A stretch of DNA of 64,000 nucleotides, from NCBI GenBank assembly GCA_029263395.1, contig JAJCXO010000184.1:39838-103837 (forward strand), written 5' to 3'. This document shows positions 46,972 through 56,925 of the stretch, one piece after another. Every line of letters begins with the position of its first letter. Position 1 is the stretch's first letter. Origin of the DNA: Acidobacteriota bacterium (GTDB lineage: Bacteria > Acidobacteriota > Thermoanaerobaculia > Multivoradales > J023). Position numbers and translations under genes: made by a program. The notes under the pieces were generated by a model. That model saw only the letters and a list, made by a program, of their open reading frames with translations. It was not told the origin of the DNA and made no database searches.

Positions 46972-49842
46972 CTAGCCTCTCGGCTCGGGCTCGAGAATAC
47001 CTTGCACTTTGGCCAACAACTCCTCAGGACGAAACGGCTTCGGTAGAAATCCTGAGATCCCGGGAGCGGTCTCGCGCTGCGTCGTACTGTCCAATTCGTA
47101 GCCGCTCATCAGCAGAACCTGAGCTTGCTGGTTGAGTGCCAGGATACCTTCGAGTACGTCCAGACCCGACAAATCGGGCATCGTGCGATCGAGCAAAACC
47201 AATCGGATGTTGGTCCAGTGCTCACGATAGAGTTCTAAAGCCTGCTGGCCGCCTTCCGCGGTCAGCACCTCGAAACCACAGCCTTCGAGAATGCTGCGGG
47301 AGACCTCACGCATCAACTGCTCGTCGTCCACCACCAACACGACGCCGCTGCTGCGCCAGGTCTGATTGGACGGCCCAGCTTTGGCAACCTCCTCGACCGA
47401 CTCTCGAATTCTCGGGAAAAGCAATTCGAAACTCGCTCCCTGCCCCAGAGCACTCTCGAGTTTGATCGTACCGCCGTGTGCTCGGACCGTGCTCAAGACC
47501 GAGGCTAGGCCAAGGCCTCGCCCCGCCAGCTTGGTCGTAAAAAACGGATCAAAAACCCGAGCACGAATTTTTCGTTCGATCCCAATACCGGTGTCCGACA
47601 CCGACACAAAGACACAATCGTCCGCCGGCAACTCCTCGGTCGGATAGGCCCCGGAGAGATAGCTCGCGTCCACTGAGATCTCGCCGGTTCGAACCTCGAC
47701 CACTCCGCCGCCGGCAGCCAACGACTCCATCGCGTTGTTCACCAGGTTGGTGATGGCCTGGCTAACCAATTGTTCATCGATCAAGATCTCAGGGAGATCA
47801 TTGCCTAGATGGATATCAACTTGGACTCCATCCGGTGCACACTCCAACCATCCTCTGGACGACGCTGCGACCAACTTGTTGAGATCGACAGAGTGCCTTC
47901 GCGACGGACCAGCGCCGGCGTAACTCAGCAGTTGGGCCGTCAAGTCAGCAGCCCGATCGGCCGCTGTTCCGATATGAACCAATTTCTCTGCCGCAGGAGA
48001 AGCCGCTGGCAGGGCACTGAAGGCCAAACTGGCATTGCCCAAGACTCCGGTCAGCAAATTGTTGTAGTCATGGGCGATACCACCGGCAAGCTTGGCTAGG
48101 CTACTGAGTTTCTCGGCTTCTTGAATGCGAGCTTCGATGCGCTGTTTCTCGGCCGCAGCACGCTGACGTTCCGTGATGTCCCGAGCGACAGCCACAAAAC
48201 CGACCGGCTCCCCCGCTGGATCGCGCAGAAGGGTGATACTCATCCACGTGGGAAATACTGAACCGTCTTTACGACGGTGATCGATCTGACCGTCCCAAGA
48301 ACCTTCTTCCCTGACGTGAATCAATGCTGGGCGAAGCTCACCCGTCATCTGTTCCGGTGAGTGGAAAATCTCCAGTCGCCGCCCGAAGATCTCAAAACCT
48401 TCGCGACCATGCATGTCGGCCCAGGCATCGTTGGTGAACACAATGTCTTCATCGAGACCGGTGACTAAGATGCCGTCGATCGACTGTTCTACAGCGCGCT
48501 CAAGCATCCGCATCGCTTCTTGCGCCAGTTCACGCTCTGCAATCTGTGACTGCAGCCGTTCGTTGGCTGTAGATAGCTCCCCGGTACGGTCGACCACCAT
48601 TTCCTCGAGCTGCAAGCGTAAAGCATCGAGATCGCCATGCACTCGACTAAAACGGTTCGACAAAGAGAAGGCCATCGACAAAGCGAACACAGTAAAAGCG
48701 ACCGATTGGAGAGGGAAAGTTGACCCGTATCCCAGTAGCTGCGAGGACATTTCGATACTCCCCGCGGTCGCAATCGCCAAACCACCAACAGCGATCGTCC
48801 GTGCCTCGGCATTACCTCGCCATGCCTTTCGGATCACCAGACTCACCACAGCTGGCAAGAAAGGCAAGCTCCAGAGTTTGCTCAGAGCTTCGATCCGAAC
48901 TGCCCAGACAGATTCCGGTGCGATTGAAATGATCAAGGCCCAGCCCAGGAAGGACAGCTGATAGGCCCGGAGCCAGGGACCGATGCGCTGCAACAGAAAT
49001 GGCCACAAGAACTGGATCGAAGCGACCAACATCAAGTTGCCCGTGACGTCGTAAAGCCGCCGAATCGCGACGTAGTGATCCGTAATTCCACTGATCCAGT
49101 GGGTGAAGAGTAGCGTATTGATCGCGACCAGCAGAGCGGTCAAGCCAAACCAAAGGTACTCACCGCACCGCCGATCACGACGAAACAGTTGCAAGTGATA
49201 GAGACCGATCGCAGTGTAGAGCAGCACCAGGATGGCCAACGGCAAGTCGGCGTTGAGCTGCTCCGCTCGCCGGAGCTCAGCCTGCATCTCGAGACGATTT
49301 TTGTCTCCGACCAGCCAGCCATCGCCGATGGGGCTCGCGTGTCGCGAGCGTTCGGGCACCCACTCTTGCCAAGTCCAGTGCAAATCCAGTCGTAACCGTC
49401 CGTCTCGATCGATCGCCTTCTCGGGCACTGCAAAAACCTGGGGAGGAGGGGGAGCAATGTCCGGTGGCGGCCCTGACCAGGAGCCGATCAGCTCGCCATC
49501 AGCCAGCACCTGGAAGTCACCATACTGAGCCCTGGTGATGAGCAACGCCAGCCCCGAGGGAGCTAGCTCGGTCTCCCATGCTTTACCGAGGACAATTTCC
49601 CGACGCAGCCAGAGTGAGTCATCGTCGTCCGAGATCTGGATCGAGGAGGCCTGAGTCGGAAGCGACACACCTCGCCATACGACCGTATCTCCTGCCGCTG
49701 CCACGCCACCGATTCGGTAGTGCCAAGTGCCCGCGAGATCGACGACCCCAGGACGGTTGACCTGAGCCGCGACACAAGGCGCGAACAGCAGGGCGATCAA
49801 CGCCCACAGTAGTTTTCGGTAATCCATCCGCTTCAGACACAA
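46972..49842 (-). CDS. hybrid sensor histidine kinase (7TMR-DISM-type), tandem paralog
   Basis: Same architecture as the neighbouring kinase. Signal peptide (MDYRKLLWALIALLFAPCVAAQ). HisKA GGIAHDYNNLLTGV, HATPase SDTGIGIE...GRGLGLA, REC VLVVDDEQLM...LDRTMPDLSG. Confidence 0.85.
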   Translation of the reverse strand: MCLKRMDYRKLLWALIALLFAPCVAAQVNRPGVVDLAGTWHYRIGGVAAAGDTVVWRGVSLPTQASSIQISDDDDSLWLRREIVLGKAWETELAPSGLALLITRAQYGDFQVLADGELIGSWSGPPPDIAPPPPQVFAVPEKAIDRDGRLRLDLHWTWQEWVPERSRHASPIGDGWLVGDKNRLEMQAELRRAEQLNADLPLAILVLLYTAIGLYHLQLFRRDRRCGEYLWFGLTALLVAINTLLFTHWISGITDHYVAIRRLYDVTGNLMLVASIQFLWPFLLQRIGPWLRAYQLSFLGWALIISIAPESVWAVRIEALSKLWSLPFLPAVVSLVIRKAWRGNAEARTIAVGGLAIATAGSIEMSSQLLGYGSTFPLQSVAFTVFALSMAFSLSNRFSRVHGDLDALRLQLEEMVVDRTGELSTANERLQSQIAERELAQEAMRMLERAVEQSIDGILVTGLDEDIVFTNDAWADMHGREGFEIFGRRLEIFHSPEQMTGELRPALIHVREEGSWDGQIDHRRKDGSVFPTWMSITLLRDPAGEPVGFVAVARDITERQRAAAEKQRIEARIQEAEKLSSLAKLAGGIAHDYNNLLTGVLGNASLAFSALPAASPAAEKLVHIGTAADRAADLTAQLLSYAGAGPSRRHSVDLNKLVAASSRGWLECAPDGVQVDIHLGNDLPEILIDEQLVSQAITNLVNNAMESLAAGGGVVEVRTGEISVDASYLSGAYPTEELPADDCVFVSVSDTGIGIERKIRARVFDPFFTTKLAGRGLGLASVLSTVRAHGGTIKLESALGQGASFELLFPRIRESVEEVAKAGPSNQTWRSSGVVLVVDDEQLMREVSRSILEGCGFEVLTAEGGQQALELYREHWTNIRLVLLDRTMPDLSGLDVLEGILALNQQAQVLLMSGYELDSTTQRETAPGISGFLPKPFRPEELLAKVQGILEPEPRG

Positions 49843-49950
49843 ACTATTGTTTCAAAGCGGTTCAGTCTACATCACACAAGCACCGACAGGACACGATGTC
49901 GGACGGGGCTCAAGGCCGCTAGCACAATCTGATGATCAAGGACTACCAGG

Positions 49951-50030
49951 CCGGTCAACACGGTTCGGTCAACACGGTTCGGTCAGCACGCCTCGGTCAA
50001 CACGCCTCGGTCAACACGGTTCGAGCAACG
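49951..50030. repeat. about 6 x 14-bp direct tandem repeat (CGGTCAACACGSYT) upstream of the second histidine kinase, overlapping the amidohydrolase stop
   Basis: Read directly: ccggtcaacacggtt cggtcaacacggtt cggtcagcacgcct cggtcaacacgcct cggtcaacacggtt cgagcaacgcc. Confidence 0.8.
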
Positions 50031-51201
50031 CCCACAGCGGATGGCGCGCCAGCACCGTCGAGCCGACCGCCGCCTCGATCCTCTGCCGCAATCTGACGGG
50101 CGAGCCGCAAAGCCAGCGTGGTTCCCCTGCTAGCCGCACGTTCGGCGGGCCTAGACCAAGCTCGGCCGCAAACTCTGGACGTGCCAGGCCCACTTTGCCC
50201 CCTGCCAGCACCAGGGCTGGATCGGCTGGAGATGACCGCAGCAGGCGATCAGCTGGCGAGTCACCAGGGTCGGCAACGATCAGTAGGTCGGCATGATTTC
50301 CGACGACGATCCGTCCTCGGCCGCTGAGGTGAAAGATGTCGGCAGCAGTGGCCGTAACCATCTCGAGCACCTCCGAGCCATTCGCCAAGCCGGTTGCAAC
50401 CGCTGCTCGCATCTCGTCAAACAACGTGGTGGAGCCGGTCAACGTCGAATCCGTGCCCAGGGCGATCCGCACCTCGCTCCCGAACTGGTCAATTGCTGCC
50501 GTTCGACCGTAGAGCCGCAGATTCGATACCGGACACCATACTAGGCTAGCTCGAGCCCGCGCCATCAAACGAAGCTGTTCGTTAGTCATCGCGATCCCAT
50601 GCACGATGACCGTCCGTGAACTCAGCATTCCGAGCTCGTGCAGACGCGTAATCTCTTGGTGGGAGGCAGCGTCGACGCCTTCCGCAGCGTGAATGATGAA
50701 CGGTAGGTCAGCGCAAGCCTCGAAGGCCGCGGCTGGGTTGTCGCCAAAATGGAGCGAGTGTGACCAACCGTACCGGCGTAAAACGTGGACAGGAAACCCT
50801 GGGTGCAGCAGGACCCGACGAGGGAACGGGTCGTGGTGAACAACGGTGGTTACGCCGGAAATCAGATTTTTGTAACCACCCCACCACAGCCGGTCAGCCA
50901 CCGACGCGCTCTGCGTCTCGCGGACTGGAGACTCACCTGGATCGTGGACCGCTTCGGCGAAGTGATAAAGCGACGCATAAGGCGGGTCGCCGAGATGAGG
51001 CAGCAGATTGAGTGAGAGATGATCGTGGGCGTTGATCAGACCCGGCAAGGCGCGGAAGCCTTGTAGATCGAGCACACGCTCCCAGCGCCTGGGACACAAA
51101 CCACGACCTGAGGCGAGGATGCGCCCGCGGGCCAGCCGTAGATCACCCGCGTGGTCCCCTTCTCGATCGTGCCAGACCACGTTCTTGAGCAACAACCTCA
51201 C
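50011..51201 (-). CDS. amidohydrolase-family metal-dependent hydrolase
   Basis: The GLINAHDHL metal-binding HxH motif, HAAEG, VIVHGI and the terminal Asp region (LGTDS) match the amidohydrolase superfamily (chlorohydrolase/deaminase-like). Confidence 0.75.
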   Translation of the reverse strand: MRLLLKNVVWHDREGDHAGDLRLARGRILASGRGLCPRRWERVLDLQGFRALPGLINAHDHLSLNLLPHLGDPPYASLYHFAEAVHDPGESPVRETQSASVADRLWWGGYKNLISGVTTVVHHDPFPRRVLLHPGFPVHVLRRYGWSHSLHFGDNPAAAFEACADLPFIIHAAEGVDAASHQEITRLHELGMLSSRTVIVHGIAMTNEQLRLMARARASLVWCPVSNLRLYGRTAAIDQFGSEVRIALGTDSTLTGSTTLFDEMRAAVATGLANGSEVLEMVTATAADIFHLSGRGRIVVGNHADLLIVADPGDSPADRLLRSSPADPALVLAGGKVGLARPEFAAELGLGPPNVRLAGEPRWLCGSPVRLRQRIEAAVGSTVLARHPLWALLEPC

Positions 51202-51216
51202 GAGCCGCCCCTTCGG

Positions 51217-52587
51217 TCACTCGACGTACCCAAGAGACCTCAACTGTTCCAATACCTCTGATGGGGCCGCGTCAACCAAGGGCGTTGCGGGCTCCTTCGG
51301 GAACCGACGCTCCCAGTCCGCCAGGTACTTGCGAAGTTCCGCGGCAATTGTGGGATGGCCTCGAAGTCGATCGGTTTTCCTGCCATTCTCGACCACACCT
51401 ACCGGTTGCAACTCGAGCGCATCAACTCCCTGATGGCGCCGCCGATTCTCGATGAATATCCATTCAGGAGAGTACACCGCAACCTTTTCCCGCCGACGGT
51501 ACTCGGTCTCAGCAACCAGGAACTCTGGCAACCCCACCTCAGCCTCTTCGTCATCCATCAAGGGGAGCAAGGAGACACCTTGCGCACCCCGTGGGATAGG
51601 TAACTGCAAATAATCCAACACTGTTGGCACCATATCGAGCAGACGGACATCTCTTGTCACCGTGCGCGGCTCCAAGTATCCGGGATGGTAGAGCATCCAC
51701 GGCACCCGCAAATTCGACTCGTACAACACGCTGCCATGTCCCCGTGAGTATTGGACACCGGGATGATCCTCGAGTCCTTCACCATGGTCACTGAGCAGAA
51801 TGAACAAGGTGTTGCGCAGCTGTGGCTTGGCCAACCACCTCTCGACGAAGGCGCCAACATCCGCAGAAACTTGGCGAACAGTCTGAAGATAGGCACGATC
51901 CGGCACGCCTTCGAACGCGGCTTTGTATTCATCGCGCACCATGTTGCGGACACCGGTCCGCATGTGCTCGTGGACCTCCATAAGGTCGAGCTGTAGGTAG
52001 AATGGGCCCCCTCGCCCAGAGCCAACCCAATCGAACGCCGTCGCGAAAAGCTCATTGGCGGACTGAAGAGCCTGCTGTTTGTTGGTCGGCTTGTCGGGTT
52101 CGGCCTCCATCCACCGCCATCGCACCGTGCTATCGAGGTACCGATCGAAACCTTGATCGAAGTTGAAAACACTGTTGATGTTGGGATTGGCAGTCAGGCC
52201 AAAGGTCTTGTAGCCGTTGGCCTTCAACACTTCTGCCAACGTCTGAAAACGATCCGCAAAGGCTTGATCGCGCTCGTCATACAAGCCGAGTGAACGCGGG
52301 TACCGCGACGTCAACAAGGAACCGACGGACGGCCGGGTCCAACTCGACTGAGCCAGTACCCGTTCGAAGAGCACACCATCCCGGGCGATGGCGTCTAGTT
52401 CCGGCGAGACCGCTTCGGGATGACCGTAGGCACCGAGTTTGTCAGCGCGCAAGGTGTCGATGATGATCAGGACCACGTTCGGCTGGTCCGGCGCCCCGCA
52501 ACCCGCCAACCCGAACAGCGCCAACAAGATCGGCACCCAAAAGCTCATCGCGAGCAACAGCTTGGATCTCGACCTGCTGCGCTTCAT
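51217..52587 (-). CDS. sulfatase-like hydrolase/transferase (alkaline-phosphatase superfamily)
   Basis: Signal peptide. Motifs NVVLIIIDTLRADKLGAYG, SSWTRPSVGSLLTSRYP and LLSDHGEG match the sulfatase N-domain with non-canonical nucleophile context. Confidence 0.75.
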   Translation of the reverse strand: MKRSRSRSKLLLAMSFWVPILLALFGLAGCGAPDQPNVVLIIIDTLRADKLGAYGHPEAVSPELDAIARDGVLFERVLAQSSWTRPSVGSLLTSRYPRSLGLYDERDQAFADRFQTLAEVLKANGYKTFGLTANPNINSVFNFDQGFDRYLDSTVRWRWMEAEPDKPTNKQQALQSANELFATAFDWVGSGRGGPFYLQLDLMEVHEHMRTGVRNMVRDEYKAAFEGVPDRAYLQTVRQVSADVGAFVERWLAKPQLRNTLFILLSDHGEGLEDHPGVQYSRGHGSVLYESNLRVPWMLYHPGYLEPRTVTRDVRLLDMVPTVLDYLQLPIPRGAQGVSLLPLMDDEEAEVGLPEFLVAETEYRRREKVAVYSPEWIFIENRRRHQGVDALELQPVGVVENGRKTDRLRGHPTIAAELRKYLADWERRFPKEPATPLVDAAPSEVLEQLRSLGYVE

Positions 52588-52599
52588 CGACTCCCCTTG

Positions 52600-55500
52600 C
52601 TAGCTGGCCTTCGCTGCTCCGTCGCGGAATCCTCGGAAACTGACGCGGAAGAACAGGGAATAGAGGATCGGCACGACACCCAGAGTCAGCATCGTGGCGA
52701 AGGCCAGGCCGAAGATGATCGAAATCGCCATGGGTTCCCACATCGCCCCGCCACCAAACCACAGTGGCAGCATGCCGCCGACCGTAGTGCAGGTCGTCAG
52801 CAGAATCGGTCGCAAACGCTTCTGGGCCGATTCCAGAATCGCCAATTGCGGCGTGAGCCCATTGTCTTCAATCTCAATACGGATGCGATCGAGTAACACA
52901 ATCGCGTTGTTGATCACGATCCCAGCGAGCGAAATGATTCCCAGCAAGGTCATGAATCCGAAGTACGAGCCCGCTAGAAGCAAACCGATCACCACTCCAA
53001 TCACCCCCAGGGGAATCGTGATCAGAATGATCAAGGGCCGTCGTAATGAGTTGAACTGTGCAACCAACAGCATCACGATAATCAGACCAGCAATCGGCAA
53101 CTTGGCGCCAATTGACGCATTGGCCTCACCTGAAGACTCGTTCTCACCGCCCATTTCGAAGCTGTAGCCGGGTGCCCATCCCGCAGCCTGCTCTTCCAGC
53201 CAAGGCACCAGCAGGGCATCCACCTCCGAAGCAGTGGTCCCGGGCTGGACCCAACATTCCACAACAACGGTCCGCAACCGATCGCGACGCTTGACCTTCG
53301 CCGGCTCCCAAGCGACCTCGACGTCCGCAATCTGTTTCAGGGGAACCGCTTCCCCCGTCGCTTGAGCGTAAATGTGGAGGGCCTCGATCTGATCGATGTT
53401 GTTGCGCTCTTTAGCAACCGACCGCAACGTCACCGGGATCAACTGATCCCCTTCACGGTACTCCGTCGTCTCGAGTCCTTCGAGAAAAGTCTGCAACGAA
53501 ATCGCAACGTCCTGATTGGACACTCCAGCCCGGCGAGCGCGAGGTCCATCCACCTCGACGATCAACTTTTTAGATCGCGCCCCCCAATCGTCGTCGATCA
53601 GCTTCGTACCCGGAATCTCGCGCATCTTGTCTTTGACCTGATCGACCAGATCGAACAACACGTCCGTTTCGCGGCCCGACAGCCTGACTTCGACCGACGG
53701 CCCAGCGCCCGGCCCATTGGACAGCGGACGGACCGTGACCTTGGCATCGGGATAACCCTGCCTGGCAAAGGTCTCGAGCTCTGGAATGATCTCGTCGACG
53801 GCGCTGCGAGTAACCGTGTTGATCAACAGAATCCCGTACTCTGGACTCTGCAGCCCAGGGTTGTAGCCCAAGGTAAATTTCGGCCCACCGTTACCGATAA
53901 ACGTCGCCCAGTTGATTACACCATCAGGGCGTGCCTCCTTGCCCGTCAAACGGCTCCACAGGCCGAGCCGTTCCTTTTCAGGCCAGGCGCCGACCACCAG
54001 CTTCTCGGCAATAAAGTCCTCGAGCTCTTTCACCACCGTTTCGGTCCGTTCGATCGGCGTTCCGACCGGCAGGGCAACCTCGGCGGTGAAGGTTGGTCGG
54101 TCGTTGGGTGGGAAAAATAGATTGGGTACCCAACCGAAGGCTTTGATTGCCAAAGCAAAGATCATCGCAACAACAATCAAGGACACCGTCCGGTACTTCA
54201 GGCACGCGGTCAAGAGCCCTCGATAGACCCGATAAAACCTCGAACCGTAGGGATCATCTCCCGAAGGCTCGACTCGCAAGAACACGGCACAGAGCATCGG
54301 AATCATGGTCAAGGACAGCACCCACGAACAAAGCAATGTCAGGGTAACGACCTTGAACAACGGTGCGGTGTACTCCCCGACCGCCGACTCCGCCAAAAAA
54401 ATTGGCAAAAACGCAGCAGCAGTGGTCAGTGAAGAGGTCAACAAGGGGATCCTGAGCTCCGCCGCTGACTCGACAGCCGCTGGAATCGGCTTCTTGCCGC
54501 TAGCCATCGACACCATGATGGATTCCGACATGACAATTGCGTTGTCGACCAACATGCCGAGCGCAATGATCAGCGAGGCGATCGACATCTGATCGAGCCC
54601 GATCGAGAACAAATTCATCATCGCCAGGGTTGCCAACATCGCCATCGGGATCAACGTCGCCACCACCAGACCGGTGCGCATGCCGAGGCTGAACAGCATC
54701 ACCAACGTGACAATCGTGACCGACTGATAGAGGTTGACCACAAACCCATCCACCAAGTCGGCGACGGTGTCGGGCGCAAACTGCACCCAGTCGAACTCGA
54801 CGCCGATGGGATAAAACGCTTGCAGCCGTTCGAGGGTCGGCCGCACCACATCTCCGAGCTCGACAATGTTGCCGCCTTGCCGCATCGAGATCGCCAGCGC
54901 CAAACACCCACCCGACCGGTCGCGGGCGATCGACTGCGGTGGATCGATATATCCGCGACTGATCTCGGCCAGATCTTCCAGGTACACCACCTGGCTCGAC
55001 CCCGGGATCTGCAACACCGTGCGGCGAATACCCTCGAGGGATTCGAAATTGCCCGACGGCTCCAACACAATCTTCTCGAATTCGGTGGTAATCGAACCGC
55101 CGGGGATAATGATGTTCTGCGCCTGGAGCAGCTGCTGAAGCTGGATCGGTGACAGGCCATACTCCGCCAACCTGGCATTGTTGTATTCGACGAAGACGCG
55201 CTCTTCCTGAGCGCCAAAAATTTCCACCTTGGCAACATCTTCGAGCAGCAACAGCTCGTCGCGCACCTCGTCTGCCACCTCTTTGATCTCGGCGTAGGTA
55301 AAGCCGTCACCACTGATCGTCACAACGATCCCGAACACGTCGCCAAACTCGTCGTTGACAAAGGGGCCACTGATATCTGCCGGCAGATCGGGGCGGGCAT
55401 CTTCGATCTTGCGCCGCAACTTGTCCCAAATAGGCTGGAGCTCAGTCACATCTTCCCGCAGGTTGACGTTGATGATCGAGACACCGGTTTTCGATTGGCT

Positions 55501-55743
55501 AGCGACAAAATCGAGCTCGGGGATCTCCTGGATCACCTTCTCCAGCTTGTCGGTCACCAATTGTTCGACGCGCTCAGGACTCGCGCCAGGAAAAATCGTC
55601 TGGACAACCGCGACCCGGATCAGAAAACCCGGATCTTCACTCTGCGGTAGGCCTAGAAACGCTGAAATTCCTGCGGCAGCAACAACCAACAACGCAACTG
55701 CGGTGACTCGGTTCTTCTCGATTGCCAGCTGTGTGATATTCAT
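52600..55743 (-). CDS. efflux RND transporter permease (AcrB/HAE family)
   Basis: 1047 aa with 12 TM segments and two large periplasmic loops. Typical N-terminus (MNITQLAIEKNRVTAVALLVVAAAGISAF) and AcrB motifs throughout. Confidence 0.9.
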   Translation of the reverse strand: MNITQLAIEKNRVTAVALLVVAAAGISAFLGLPQSEDPGFLIRVAVVQTIFPGASPERVEQLVTDKLEKVIQEIPELDFVASQSKTGVSIINVNLREDVTELQPIWDKLRRKIEDARPDLPADISGPFVNDEFGDVFGIVVTISGDGFTYAEIKEVADEVRDELLLLEDVAKVEIFGAQEERVFVEYNNARLAEYGLSPIQLQQLLQAQNIIIPGGSITTEFEKIVLEPSGNFESLEGIRRTVLQIPGSSQVVYLEDLAEISRGYIDPPQSIARDRSGGCLALAISMRQGGNIVELGDVVRPTLERLQAFYPIGVEFDWVQFAPDTVADLVDGFVVNLYQSVTIVTLVMLFSLGMRTGLVVATLIPMAMLATLAMMNLFSIGLDQMSIASLIIALGMLVDNAIVMSESIMVSMASGKKPIPAAVESAAELRIPLLTSSLTTAAAFLPIFLAESAVGEYTAPLFKVVTLTLLCSWVLSLTMIPMLCAVFLRVEPSGDDPYGSRFYRVYRGLLTACLKYRTVSLIVVAMIFALAIKAFGWVPNLFFPPNDRPTFTAEVALPVGTPIERTETVVKELEDFIAEKLVVGAWPEKERLGLWSRLTGKEARPDGVINWATFIGNGGPKFTLGYNPGLQSPEYGILLINTVTRSAVDEIIPELETFARQGYPDAKVTVRPLSNGPGAGPSVEVRLSGRETDVLFDLVDQVKDKMREIPGTKLIDDDWGARSKKLIVEVDGPRARRAGVSNQDVAISLQTFLEGLETTEYREGDQLIPVTLRSVAKERNNIDQIEALHIYAQATGEAVPLKQIADVEVAWEPAKVKRRDRLRTVVVECWVQPGTTASEVDALLVPWLEEQAAGWAPGYSFEMGGENESSGEANASIGAKLPIAGLIIVMLLVAQFNSLRRPLIILITIPLGVIGVVIGLLLAGSYFGFMTLLGIISLAGIVINNAIVLLDRIRIEIEDNGLTPQLAILESAQKRLRPILLTTCTTVGGMLPLWFGGGAMWEPMAISIIFGLAFATMLTLGVVPILYSLFFRVSFRGFRDGAAKAS

Positions 55744-55758
55744 GAATCGACGACCACC

Positions 55759-56925
55759 CTAAGCCCCGGCATTCGGTAACACACGAACTTGCTGACCGTC
55801 ACGCAAGCGACGCACACCGGCGGTGATCAACAAATCGCCATGGGACAAACCGTCGAGGACTTCGATCCCTTCCGGGGTCAAATCGCCAACCGTCACCGCA
55901 CGCCGACCGGCTTGTCCATCCTCGCTAGTCTCACCGCTTCGTTCGAGTACAAACACGAAACGACCATCACGATCTTCCCCTACGGCCTCGGCCGGCACGA
56001 AGATATGCTCCAGCTCGTCGCTCGACGCAAACCGAAAGTCGACACTGGCCGCCATACCGGATCGTACCTGGCTGTCATCGCTGCTCAGCCGCACCGTCAC
56101 TGGATAGCTCGCACCGGCACTGGTCGCCGCAACACCAACCTCAGTGACGACACCTGAGAACTTCCCATCTGGCAGCGCGTCGAAGGTCACGTCGACCTTG
56201 TCGCCCTCCCGGACACGAGCGATCAATACTTCGGGCATCGCAACTTCGACCTCGGGCTGGGCGCCAGAGGCCAACAAGGCTACCGCCTGGCCTACCCCTA
56301 CATTCTCGTTCTCTTCAATCAAGACAGAGGCGATGGCCCCCGCAACGGGCGCCGTCAATCGCGCATAGCCGAGCTGCCGGCGAGCCAACTCGCGGCGTTG
56401 GTTGGCCACCGTAACCTGTGCTCGGCTGGACTCGGACTGAGCACGAGCCGCATCGAGATCGCTTTTGGCGGCGTTTTGATTCTCGTAAAGACCCCGCATT
56501 CGATCGTAGTCGGCGTCAGCTTTGCGTTCGGAAGCCCGGGCCTGAGCCAACGTAGCTTCAGCCTCCTTGAGCTGCAAATCGAGATCGGTGGCATCTATGC
56601 GAGCGAGCTCCTGACCCTTCCGCACCGTTTCGCCAACCACCATCGAAACCGACTCGACGGTGCCTCCCACCCGAAAACTCAGCTGCGATTCGACGCCAGC
56701 GCGGGCTGTGCCGGAGAACGTCCGTACGCGTCGTTCGCCGCTGACGACTACTTCTTGATATCGGACTGGACGCAACTCGACTTTGACCTCTGCAGTGTCG
56801 CCACCACAGCCAGATCCCAACCCAGCCAACAGGGCAGCCCCTAGCAGGGTCATTGGGCCGCGAAACTGTGATCGTTCGCGACCCTGTGCCCGTTCGCAGA
56901 CCTGTGATCGTTGCCTGATCATCAT
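55759..56925 (-). CDS. efflux RND periplasmic adaptor subunit (MFP/HlyD family)
   Basis: The track ORF reaches 57045. ATG at 56925 overlaps the TolC stop as ATGA, consistent with translational coupling. A lipoprotein signal MTLLGAALLAGLGSGC is present. Coiled-coil, lipoyl and beta-barrel adaptor motifs are present (ARIDATDLDLQLKEAEA..., ARLTAPVAGAIASV). Confidence 0.8.
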   Translation of the reverse strand: MMIRQRSQVCERAQGRERSQFRGPMTLLGAALLAGLGSGCGGDTAEVKVELRPVRYQEVVVSGERRVRTFSGTARAGVESQLSFRVGGTVESVSMVVGETVRKGQELARIDATDLDLQLKEAEATLAQARASERKADADYDRMRGLYENQNAAKSDLDAARAQSESSRAQVTVANQRRELARRQLGYARLTAPVAGAIASVLIEENENVGVGQAVALLASGAQPEVEVAMPEVLIARVREGDKVDVTFDALPDGKFSGVVTEVGVAATSAGASYPVTVRLSSDDSQVRSGMAASVDFRFASSDELEHIFVPAEAVGEDRDGRFVFVLERSGETSEDGQAGRRAVTVGDLTPEGIEVLDGLSHGDLLITAGVRRLRDGQQVRVLPNAGA

